A stretch of 64,000 nt of DNA, taken from positions 55,551 to 119,550 of the forward strand of contig JBLWVX010000003.1 of NCBI GenBank assembly GCA_048268245.1. Reading direction: 5' to 3'. The stretch is from Arcobacteraceae bacterium (GTDB lineage: Bacteria; Campylobacterota; Campylobacteria; Campylobacterales; Arcobacteraceae). How positions within the stretch are numbered: the first letter of the stretch is position 1; each line of letters starts with the position of its first letter. The position numbers and the translations under genes were made by a program. The notes beneath the pieces are model-generated. The model searched no databases and had not been told where the DNA came from. It saw only the letters and a program-made list of their open reading frames with translations. Below, piece by piece: positions 32,445-40,931 of this stretch.

Positions 32445-33488
32445 ATTATAAATAGAGTCTCTCTCAACTGGTGTAAATCCAGAATTTTGAATAAGTTCTA
32501 CAAACTCTTTTAAAGCAACTCCACCTGCACTTGAAGCGCCTGCCGCACTTTGAATTGATTCTTTTTCAATTGTTCCATCAACATCATTAGCACCAAATTC
32601 TTGAGCTATTAAAGCTAATTTTACAGTTGATGTTGCCCAGTATGCTTTAATATTTGAAATATTATCTAGCATAATTCTTGCAATTGCGTAAGTCTTTAAA
32701 ATTTCTTGACCTGTTAATGGCTCTTCAACTTTTAAGTAATTGTTTTCTGTTTGATATACAAGAGGAATAAAAGCATTAAAACCACTTGTTTCATCTTGTA
32801 AATCTCTTAGTCTTATCATGTGATCAATTCTATGTTCTCTTTTTTCTACATGACCAAATAACATAGTAGCATTACTTTGCATTCCTGCTTTATGCCAAAG
32901 TCTATGAATTTGTAACCATTCATCAGATTTAACTTTTCCACCACAAATTCTTTTTCTTACCTTTTCATCAAAGATTTCAGCACCACCACCTGGCATTGAA
33001 TCAATTCCATGATCTTTCATCATAGAAATTAAATCTTCATAAGATACATTATACTCTTTACTCAAAAAGTGTACTTCTGCAGCTGTCAAAGCTTTTACAT
33101 GAATCGCTGGATAGTTTTCTTTTATCTTTTTAAATACATCCATGTACCACTGTAATCCAGTATCTGGATTATGAGCAGATACAATATGAACTTCTTTTAT
33201 ATCATTTTTTGAAGAGTTTTTAACAATATCTAAAATCTCTTTATGACTCATAGTCCATTGATTTGGGTTTTTTCTACTTGCACTATAAGCACAGAATTGA
33301 CAAACATCTTTACAAACATTTGTTGGGTTTATGTGTCTATTAATATTAAAATATGTTTTTTTGCCGTGCTTTTCTTCTCTAATTTTATTTGCATAATGAG
33401 CCAAAGTAAATAAGTCTAAATCAAAAAGTTCTACACCATCTTCATAGCTTAGTCTTTGCCCACTTTCTAGTTTCTCAATAATACTCAT
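32424..33488 (-). CDS. mqnE: Aminofutalosine synthase (radical SAM, menaquinone futalosine pathway)
   Basis: NRHINPTNVCKDVCQFC, SMPGGGAEIF, NATMLFGH, IKAYWA, GANDVDGTIEKESIQSAAG. Confidence 0.9.
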   Translation of the reverse strand: MSIIEKLESGQRLSYEDGVELFDLDLFTLAHYANKIREEKHGKKTYFNINRHINPTNVCKDVCQFCAYSASRKNPNQWTMSHKEILDIVKNSSKNDIKEVHIVSAHNPDTGLQWYMDVFKKIKENYPAIHVKALTAAEVHFLSKEYNVSYEDLISMMKDHGIDSMPGGGAEIFDEKVRKRICGGKVKSDEWLQIHRLWHKAGMQSNATMLFGHVEKREHRIDHMIRLRDLQDETSGFNAFIPLVYQTENNYLKVEEPLTGQEILKTYAIARIMLDNISNIKAYWATSTVKLALIAQEFGANDVDGTIEKESIQSAAGASSAGGVALKEFVELIQNSGFTPVERDSIYNELKVWN

Positions 33489-33495
33489 AATTTTC

Positions 33496-33816
33496 CTATT
33501 TACAGTCTAAATCTTTACTGAACTCTTCATTTCTTCCAATATGAATAAAACCAATACAAGTTTTACTTAGATTACTATCAAAGAATCTTACTTTATATAC
33601 TGTACTTTTATATCTAGTCTTAGTATCTTCTACCCTTAATTTATTAATCACTTCCATACTATTTACATTTTTGTGTCCTAAAGTAGCAAGTATTTCAACC
33701 ATTTTTTTCTCTTTTAAGTCTTTTAATACTAAAAATATAGCAAATGCAATTGCTACTATAATTGTTATAATAATAACAGTTTTTTTAGGTAATCTTCTTA
33801 TTTCGGTTTCACTCAT
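33496..33816 (-). CDS. Hypothetical single-TM protein
   Basis: N-terminal TM (VIIITIIVAIAFAIFLVL), Cys pair in the soluble domain, operonic spacing. Confidence 0.7.
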   Translation of the reverse strand: MSETEIRRLPKKTVIIITIIVAIAFAIFLVLKDLKEKKMVEILATLGHKNVNSMEVINKLRVEDTKTRYKSTVYKVRFFDSNLSKTCIGFIHIGRNEEFSKDLDCK

Positions 33817-33824
33817 ATTTTTTC

Positions 33825-34481
33825 CTAATCTTCTATTTTCATTTCTCTTAGTGGTTTAAACTGTTTCTCTTTTTTGTCTAAATAATCAATCTCTCCATTT
33901 TGTACATCATAATGCCATCCATGAATTTCTAAACTACCATCTTCAACCTTTTGTTTTACATCAGGGTAAGTTAAAAGATTTTTTAATTGCTGTTTAATAG
34001 AATTTCTCTCAGTGATTCTATACATTTCTTCTTCTGTAGTAAACTTTTTATCTGCTAATGTTTTTTCTTTTGCAGCCATTCCAAGTTTTAACCATGTTTT
34101 TACATGAACTAAAGAAGTAGTATCTGGAATTTGATCATATTCATATAAGCTTTTACATGCACCACAGTGAGTGTGTCCACATACAATAATGTGTTTTACA
34201 CCAAGAACAGCAACAGCATATTCAATAGCTGCTGCACTACCATGGAAATCTTCATCATGTTTAAATGGAGGAATAAAGTTTCCAACATTTCTTAAAATAA
34301 ACATGTCCCCTGGTTTTGTATTTAACATTATATCAGGTGTTAATCTACTATCTGAACATCCAACAAATAGTACTTCTGGCTTTTGACCATTTAAAACTAA
34401 TTCATTTAGTTCTTCTTGCCATTTTGGAACCTTGCATTCTTGAAAACTTTTGTGACCTTTGATTAATTGTTTTAAAATCAT
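33825..34481 (-). CDS. can: Beta-class carbonic anhydrase
   Basis: Zn ligands CSDSR and HTHCGAC, FILRNVGN, AAIEYAV, HGWHYDV. Confidence 0.95.
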   Translation of the reverse strand: MILKQLIKGHKSFQECKVPKWQEELNELVLNGQKPEVLFVGCSDSRLTPDIMLNTKPGDMFILRNVGNFIPPFKHDEDFHGSAAAIEYAVAVLGVKHIIVCGHTHCGACKSLYEYDQIPDTTSLVHVKTWLKLGMAAKEKTLADKKFTTEEEMYRITERNSIKQQLKNLLTYPDVKQKVEDGSLEIHGWHYDVQNGEIDYLDKKEKQFKPLREMKIED

Positions 34482-34720
34482 TTTATTTTACTCTTATCCA
34501 TTATTATTTTTTTATCATTTACAGTTAATGCTGTAATTTTATTTATATTGTCTTTCTCTTCATCATCTTCGAGTTTATATTCAATAATATAATCCATTTT
34601 ATGACAAGATACCAAAACTGTATACCTAGATAATTGAATCTTCTCACATTTTTTGATATTTTCAATTTCATTTGAAAAAGTAAATGTAAAAAGTGTAATT
34701 AACAAAGTAACTATTTTCAT
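34478..34720 (-). CDS. Small exported hypothetical protein
   Basis: Signal-peptide-like N-terminus, two Cys, 4-bp overlaps with both neighbours. Confidence 0.65.
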   Translation of the reverse strand: MKIVTLLITLFTFTFSNEIENIKKCEKIQLSRYTVLVSCHKMDYIIEYKLEDDEEKDNINKITALTVNDKKIIMDKSKIK

Positions 34721-35823
34721 ATAAGTTCCTTTATTAAATTACATACATTTCTTAAATCCTCTTCTGATACATCTATTTTTGCAATAAGTCTAATTATGGC
34801 TATTTTTACAGTTGGTTGCCTAATGGCTCCAACTATATAACCTTTTTCTTGAAGTTGTTTTTGAATTTCTTTAACTTTTTTATTATCTGCAATTTCAATT
34901 GGAATAATTAGACTTTCAGAAGATATATTTAGAATTTCCTTAACGATTTTTAAATTTCTATTTATGTTTTCTTTTAGTTTGTGTTTATTATTTACTATAA
35001 AATTTAATGATTCTAAACCCATTGCAATATCAAAAAGTGATGGTGCAGTAGAGTAAATAATAGGTTTAGCTCTATTTTGTAAAAATTCTATAGTTTCATT
35101 GGAAGCTAATATGTAGGCCCCGTATGAACCATATGCTTTCCCTAATGTACCCATTTTTATATGCTTTTTATTAGGTTTAATTTTATAATAATCAAAAATT
35201 CCTAGTAAATTATCTCCTAAAACACCAGAACTATGAGCTTCATCTACAATTAACAAAGTATCATAACTCTTTGAGAGGTGAAAAATCTCTTCTTTAGCTA
35301 CATCTCCACCCATTGAATAAACACCTTCAATAGCAACTATTTTTCTACCTTTTCTTTTACAAGATTTAAGTTTTTCTTCTAAGTCTTTCTCATCATTATG
35401 ACTAAAAACAATAACTTGTTCATCTTTTAAAAATTTAGTAGCTAAAATACCACTTGCATGATAATCTTCATCAATAAATAGGGTGTCATTTTTTCTACAT
35501 AGAGCTTCAATCATAGAAATATTAGCTAAAAAACCAGAACCTACACATACAGCAGCTTCAAATTTATTTACTTCACAAAGTTTTTCTTCAAACTCTTTAT
35601 GAATAGAATTGTATCCATTTACAAGCATTGAAGCTTTAGGTGAGTAGTACTTTTGTTTAAGTACTCTTTCATATGCATTTTGAAAAATATTTACATTGGA
35701 AGCAAGACCTAAATAGTCGTTTGAAGCTAAATCAATTAAGCTTTCATCGAATATATCTCTAGTTCTAAATCGATTTGATTTTTTAATTGAAAGTAGTTCT
35801 TTTGAATACAAAAAATTCTCCAT
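34717..35823 (-). CDS. bioF: 8-amino-7-oxononanoate synthase
   Basis: DLASNDYLGL, GSGFLAN, EGVYSMGG, VDEAHS, GTLGKAYG, AIRQPTV. Confidence 0.9.
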   Translation of the reverse strand: MENFLYSKELLSIKKSNRFRTRDIFDESLIDLASNDYLGLASNVNIFQNAYERVLKQKYYSPKASMLVNGYNSIHKEFEEKLCEVNKFEAAVCVGSGFLANISMIEALCRKNDTLFIDEDYHASGILATKFLKDEQVIVFSHNDEKDLEEKLKSCKRKGRKIVAIEGVYSMGGDVAKEEIFHLSKSYDTLLIVDEAHSSGVLGDNLLGIFDYYKIKPNKKHIKMGTLGKAYGSYGAYILASNETIEFLQNRAKPIIYSTAPSLFDIAMGLESLNFIVNNKHKLKENINRNLKIVKEILNISSESLIIPIEIADNKKVKEIQKQLQEKGYIVGAIRQPTVKIAIIRLIAKIDVSEEDLRNVCNLIKELI

Positions 35824-35951
35824 AAGTGTTTGTGTATATTAACTAAAAAACTATAAAAAATAGTTGAATAATTTTAGAATCATTTTGATGCTAGTTTAAT
35901 GCTATTTTCAGTTGGTATACTTTCAATACTAATTTTATATACGTCATTTAA

Positions 35952-35985
35952 AAAGATGAATGTACCGCTCATTACATTCATCTTT
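35952..35985. repeat. Perfect 13-bp inverted repeat between divergent genes
   Basis: AAAGATGAATGTA-CCGCTCAT-TACATTCATCTTT. Confidence 0.9.
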
Positions 35986-36044
35986 CTAATAAAAAAGCAA
36001 TATTTTACAAGACTTTTAACAAACAATTATGTATTATCTTTACT

Positions 36045-36857
36045 ATGAATAACAAAATATTAAAAATCAAAGACTTAGACTATTTAGAGTTAAAATATTC
36101 AAAAAGTTTTCATGAATGTTCTCAAAAACATTACCATAATTTAATATGCTTCTTAGGACTAAAAAAAGGTGAAGCAAAAATAGTAATAAATGATAAAACA
36201 ATTATTTTAGATGAGAATACTCTAGTAGTAATAAATCCAAATGAGGTTCATTACTCACAAAATGCCAATTTTAATAAAGACTATTATGTTATTTATATTG
36301 ACAGAACATGGTATAAAAACTTACAAAACTTAACATATAAAACCAATGATATTTTTCTTTTACCAAATGAAATTAGAAATAAAGAATATATAAATGATTT
36401 CTTTAAACTATTTGACTTTTTAAATACATCTAATGAAAGTATAAAGAAAGAACTAATGTTATTAGAGTTTTTAAAAAAGATATTTAATGAATTTATTAAG
36501 AAACATGAGTTTCTGAAGTTAGATAATACAACTCAAATTGCAAAAGATTTTAAAGAATATATTGAAAATAACATTTCTTCAAAACTAACTTTATCAAAAA
36601 TTGCAAGTGAATTAGGATATAGCCCATATCACATAATTAGAGTTTGTAATCAAGACTTTGGTTTATCGGCTAATGCATATATTGTAAATAAGAGAGTTCA
36701 TAGAGCAAAGAAGCTTATATCTGATGGCTTTGAGATAAGTCATGCTGCTGTAGAAGTTGGTTTTTATGATCAAAGTCATTTAACAAATGTATTTAAAAAA
36801 GTATTTGCGATAACTCCAAAAGCATATCAAAAGGAAATAGAAAAAAATGAAAATTAA
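36045..36857 (+). CDS. AraC-family transcriptional regulator
   Basis: KHYH cupin motif, double HTH ending AAVEVGFYDQSHL. TATTAT 7 nt before the ATG and no SD. Confidence 0.92.
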   Translation: MNNKILKIKDLDYLELKYSKSFHECSQKHYHNLICFLGLKKGEAKIVINDKTIILDENTLVVINPNEVHYSQNANFNKDYYVIYIDRTWYKNLQNLTYKTNDIFLLPNEIRNKEYINDFFKLFDFLNTSNESIKKELMLLEFLKKIFNEFIKKHEFLKLDNTTQIAKDFKEYIENNISSKLTLSKIASELGYSPYHIIRVCNQDFGLSANAYIVNKRVHRAKKLISDGFEISHAAVEVGFYDQSHLTNVFKKVFAITPKAYQKEIEKNEN

Positions 36858-38022
36858 TTTACTTGACAAAAATAACAATTTTAATATCTTACTTGCAGGA
36901 ATTATCGGACTTTTTATAGGTGTTGGTGTTGCAAGGTTTTCATATACCTCTTTACTTCCTGCAATGCTTGAGGATGAAGCTTTATCTTTAACCTTTTCTG
37001 GAATATTAGCTTCAATAAACTATGTGGGCTATTTAAGTGGGGCTATTTTTGCGATATTTATAAAAGATATTGATACAAAAGTAAAGTATTTTAGAATAGG
37101 AATAGTTTTATGTATTTTAACTACTTTAATTTTGGGTATTACTACAAATGAAATTTTATGGTTTATTTCAAGAATTCTTGCAGGTTTTGCTGCTGCTATG
37201 GCATTAATTGTTGGTGCTGCAATTGTAATGGTAAAACTTGATTTTGAAGATAAAACAAAAGCTATGGGAATATATTTTTCAGGAATAGGTATAGCATTAG
37301 CAAGTTCTGATATTATAAGTAGATATGTTTTATCTTATTCATCTTGGGAAAATTCATGGATTGTACTTACTCTTAGTGCTGCTCTTGTTTGCTTTTATCC
37401 TTTATATATTCTATCTTTTGATAAAAAAATAGCAAGCAATAATGAAAAACATCCCTTTAACAAAGCAATTTTTTCTCCTTTTGTTGTTATTTTGATTGCT
37501 GCTTATTTTACTGAAGGAGTTGGTTTTGTAGTTCAAGGAACTTTTCTTCCAACTATTTTAAAATCAATTGAGGGACTTGAAGATATTGCTGCTTTATCTT
37601 GGCTTTTAGTAGGTCTTGCTGGGATTCCTTCTTCAATTATTTGGATGAGATTAGCTTACAAGTATGGAAGTGTAAATATAATTATTCTTGCTATGAGTTT
37701 ACAGGTTGTTGGTATTTTAATTCCAACACTTACAACAAATATGTATTTAAACCTTTTTTGTGGGGTTTTATATGGAGGAACATTTGTAGGTTTAGTTGCT
37801 TTATTTATGAATCTTGGTGGACAACTTGCAAAGAAAAATCCTGTTATGTTAATGGGTGCTTTAACTACATCATATGGAATAGGGCAAGTTACAGCTCCTT
37901 TATATGCGGTTAGTTTAACACAGCTTACAGGTAACTATAATTATGCACTTTATTTAACAGCTGCTATAGTTTCTTTTGGAGTTTTGATTTTATTGTTTTC
38001 TAAAAAAGTAATAAATAAATAG
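36847..38022 (+). CDS. YbfB/YjiJ-family MFS transporter
   Basis: GVGVARFSYTSLLPAM, LASINYVGYLSGA, 12 hydrophobic segments. Overlaps the AraC gene. Confidence 0.88.
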   Translation: MKINLLDKNNNFNILLAGIIGLFIGVGVARFSYTSLLPAMLEDEALSLTFSGILASINYVGYLSGAIFAIFIKDIDTKVKYFRIGIVLCILTTLILGITTNEILWFISRILAGFAAAMALIVGAAIVMVKLDFEDKTKAMGIYFSGIGIALASSDIISRYVLSYSSWENSWIVLTLSAALVCFYPLYILSFDKKIASNNEKHPFNKAIFSPFVVILIAAYFTEGVGFVVQGTFLPTILKSIEGLEDIAALSWLLVGLAGIPSSIIWMRLAYKYGSVNIIILAMSLQVVGILIPTLTTNMYLNLFCGVLYGGTFVGLVALFMNLGGQLAKKNPVMLMGALTTSYGIGQVTAPLYAVSLTQLTGNYNYALYLTAAIVSFGVLILLFSKKVINK

Positions 38023-38051
38023 CTTTAAAAGTTGTGAAAGATACGAATAGT

Positions 38052-38086
38052 AAAGAGTTTAAAGGTAAATAGCCTATAAACTCTTT
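38052..38086. terminator. Bidirectional terminator
   Basis: AAAGAGTTTA-A-AGG-TAAATAG-CCT-A-TAAACTCTTT between convergent genes. Confidence 0.7.
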
Positions 38087-39669
38087 TTTACAAGAAGGGA
38101 TGCTATTTTATTATGAGCATGTACAAAGTTATCAATGTCTAAATCTTCAAACTCTCTTTTTTCATTAAAGTTATTGATTTTTAAAACAATATTTGAGTTT
38201 GGTTTATACTTTAATATTGCATCACAAATCAATCTTTTTTTTGCAACATTATCTAAAGTTATTATAATACTTGAAGCTTCATCCGCTTTAAGGGATTCTA
38301 ATACTTGTACTTTCTCTAAGTGACCAAAGTATGCCATATGACCACTTTTTCTTGCATTTAAAACATGTCTTAAGTTATCTGTGATTATTACAAAAGGAAT
38401 GCCTTTTTCATTTAATTTACTTGCAACTCTTCTTCCAAGTGCAGAATATCCACAAACTATAATATGATTCTTTTTATCAATAGGTGTAATTTTATCTGAT
38501 TCAAAATACTCTTGTGCAAAAAATGATGCAATTTTATATATGTTATTTACAATAAATGGAGTTATTATCATAGATAAAACTGTAACTAAAATCAAAAATT
38601 TACTTAATGTTTCATCTAAAATACCATTTGCAGAAGCAAGGGCAAAAACAGCAAATGAAAACTCACCTATTTGACATAAAGCAAGGGCTGCTTTTACTGA
38701 GTCATTTTTATTTGCTTTTCTTCTAATCAAAAAGTAAATTACTATAGCTTTTAATAAAAGAATAGCTATAAAAACTAGAACAATATAAACAATATTTTGC
38801 ATCAAATATATAAGGTCAATTTTAGTTCCTACTGTAAAGAAGAAAGTCCCTAATAATAGATCTTTATAGGAAGCAATATCTGATTCAACTTTTATATGAT
38901 ATTTAGTCTCAGCTATAATCATACCTGCAATAAATGCACCAAGGGAATATGTAAACCCTAATTCATGAGCCAAAATAGAAGCTCCAAAAACTATAGATAA
39001 AACTGAACCTATAAATAGCTCTTCAAGTCTTGCTTTTGTTGAAAATTGCAGTAGCCAATTTACAATCTTTTTACCAATTGTAAACATAAAAATAATAATA
39101 GCAATAGCTGCTAAGGTTGTTTTCAAAATAATATCTTGTAATTCTAAAGTATCATTTGATAAAAAGCTTATAAGTAAAAGTATTGGAATTACTGCTAAGT
39201 CTTGGAAAATCAATATAGCAGTTGTTTTTTCTCCATATGGAGTATAAATATCTTTTGATTGTTTTAAGTATGTTAAAACAATTGCAGTTGAAGATAAAGA
39301 AAATGCAAGGGATACTATAATAGCTGATACTGTATCAATAGAAAATACTAACTTGGCTATTGCGAATATTAAAACGGCACTAATTGCTACTTGAAAAAAA
39401 CCATTTACAAATAAAAGCTCTTTTATTTTTTTTAGTTTATTTACAGACATTTCAAGTCCAATAGTAAACATTAAAAATACTATACCAAACTCTGCTATTA
39501 GGTTTAGTGCGTCTAAATTATGGTTTTTGCTTAGGTTAAAAATAGAGGTAATTATTATACCTGTGATTATATATCCAATAATATGAGAAATTTCATATTT
39601 CTTTAAAATAATATTCAATATTGATGATATTGCTAGTGATAAAAATAGTATAAATAGTATTGATTCCAT
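38074..39669 (-). CDS. CPA2 cation:proton antiporter with KTN/RCK domain (KefB/C-like)
   Basis: AEFGIVFLMFTIGLE, LSSTAIV, ILIFQDL, LGAFIAG, LCQIGEFSF, C-terminal IIVCGYSALG. TAAAAT 6 nt before the ATG. Confidence 0.92.
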   Translation of the reverse strand: MESILFILFLSLAISSILNIILKKYEISHIIGYIITGIIITSIFNLSKNHNLDALNLIAEFGIVFLMFTIGLEMSVNKLKKIKELLFVNGFFQVAISAVLIFAIAKLVFSIDTVSAIIVSLAFSLSSTAIVLTYLKQSKDIYTPYGEKTTAILIFQDLAVIPILLLISFLSNDTLELQDIILKTTLAAIAIIIFMFTIGKKIVNWLLQFSTKARLEELFIGSVLSIVFGASILAHELGFTYSLGAFIAGMIIAETKYHIKVESDIASYKDLLLGTFFFTVGTKIDLIYLMQNIVYIVLVFIAILLLKAIVIYFLIRRKANKNDSVKAALALCQIGEFSFAVFALASANGILDETLSKFLILVTVLSMIITPFIVNNIYKIASFFAQEYFESDKITPIDKKNHIIVCGYSALGRRVASKLNEKGIPFVIITDNLRHVLNARKSGHMAYFGHLEKVQVLESLKADEASSIIITLDNVAKKRLICDAILKYKPNSNIVLKINNFNEKREFEDLDIDNFVHAHNKIASLLVKKSL

Positions 39670-39724
39670 GTATATATTTTATCCTAAAGTATATTTTTTA
39701 ACAAGATAAAACTGTTTATTTATT

Positions 39725-40057
39725 TTACAAAGTAATATTTTCTAGATGTTCTATTTGCTCATCACAAACTATTATTGCATCTATACAAAATATAGGATTT
39801 ATTTTTTTTGTTTGTATATAGTAATCTATACTTCTTTTTAATTTTGAGAGTTTATTTTTGTGTATATTATTTATAGCAGTTTCATAATCAGGGGCTGATT
39901 TTACTTCACAGAAGTGATAAACATTATCTTTTTTACAAATAATATCTATCTCTCCTAGTTTTTTTGCATAGAAGTTTTGCTCAACTATTTTAAAACCTCT
40001 ATCTTCAAGGAAACTAAGTGCTTTTTTTTCAGCAAAATCTCCTTTTTGTTTACTCAT
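39725..40057 (-). CDS. YraN-family (UPF0102) PD-(D/E)xK protein
   Basis: KGDFAEKKA, GEIDII, HFCEVK. Confidence 0.9.
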   Translation of the reverse strand: MSKQKGDFAEKKALSFLEDRGFKIVEQNFYAKKLGEIDIICKKDNVYHFCEVKSAPDYETAINNIHKNKLSKLKRSIDYYIQTKKINPIFCIDAIIVCDEQIEHLENITL

Positions 40058-40063
40058 AAAAAA

Positions 40064-40264
40064 TCATCCACCACCAACAAATTGAAGTAATTCAATTTTG
40101 TCATCTTCTTTTGGCTTGAAATTACTCCAATTGTCTTTTTTTACAATTTCCATATTTACAGCAGCAGCCATAACTTTGTCTTCAATTTTTAATGATGTAA
40201 TAATATCTTGTAAGCTTGAATTTCCATCAAAATTTTTTGTTTCACCATTTACTATTAAATTCAT
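40064..40264 (-). CDS. thiS: Sulfur carrier protein ThiS
   Basis: MNLIVNGE start, AVNMEIV, C-terminal FVGGG. ATG 1 nt after the regulator stop. Confidence 0.93.
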   Translation of the reverse strand: MNLIVNGETKNFDGNSSLQDIITSLKIEDKVMAAAVNMEIVKKDNWSNFKPKEDDKIELLQFVGGG

Positions 40265-40265
40265 A

Positions 40266-40931
40266 TTAAACCTTTTCTTTCTCATATTCAATCATATATC
40301 CAACACCTCTAACATTTGTTATAAAATCTTCTTTTAAAGATTTTTTGACTCTATTAACTTCTGCTCTAATTGTAGCATTATCAATTTCATCACTCCAAAC
40401 AAACTCTCTAAACGTGTCATATTTTACAACTGAGTTTTTAAACTTTGTTAGGAGTTGAATGATTTGTATTTGTCTTTTTGTCAAACTTTGAACTTCGTTA
40501 TTATACAAAAGAGTTAGAGTATTTGGATTAAAACTATATGAATCTGACAATTTTTTATCTTTTTGGGGTAGTATCTTAGCTTGACTAATTTTGTCAATTC
40601 TAAGTGATAACTCTTTTAAATGAAAAGGTTTTTTTAAATAGTCATAGCATCCAAGTTCAAATGCCCTTGAAATATCTTCAATATCAATAAGTGCAGAAAT
40701 ATAAATAGTTGGAACAACTCTACTTCTTTTATGCAAAAACTCTAGAACTTCAAAGCCATTAATATCAGGGACATTAATATCTAATATCAATAAATCAAAC
40801 TCTTCCATATCTAATATTCTAAGACAGTTATTCCCATCTCTAGCACTTCTTACTTCATACTTCTTTGATTGTAAAAATTGTGTTATTGCTCTATTTAGCA
40901 TAACATCATCTTCTAGTAATAAAATTTTCAT
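40266..40931 (-). CDS. OmpR-family response regulator
   Basis: KILLLEDD, LDINVP, DYLKKPF, winged-helix end ITNVRGVGY. Confidence 0.94.
   Translation of the reverse strand: MKILLLEDDVMLNRAITQFLQSKKYEVRSARDGNNCLRILDMEEFDLLILDINVPDINGFEVLEFLHKRSRVVPTIYISALIDIEDISRAFELGCYDYLKKPFHLKELSLRIDKISQAKILPQKDKKLSDSYSFNPNTLTLLYNNEVQSLTKRQIQIIQLLTKFKNSVVKYDTFREFVWSDEIDNATIRAEVNRVKKSLKEDFITNVRGVGYMIEYEKEKV

Noticed and set aside
35824-36044. BirA operator upstream of bioF
   Set aside because: No TGTAAACC-N15/16-GGTTTACA-like palindrome. The only strong inverted repeat has a different sequence and is reported separately.
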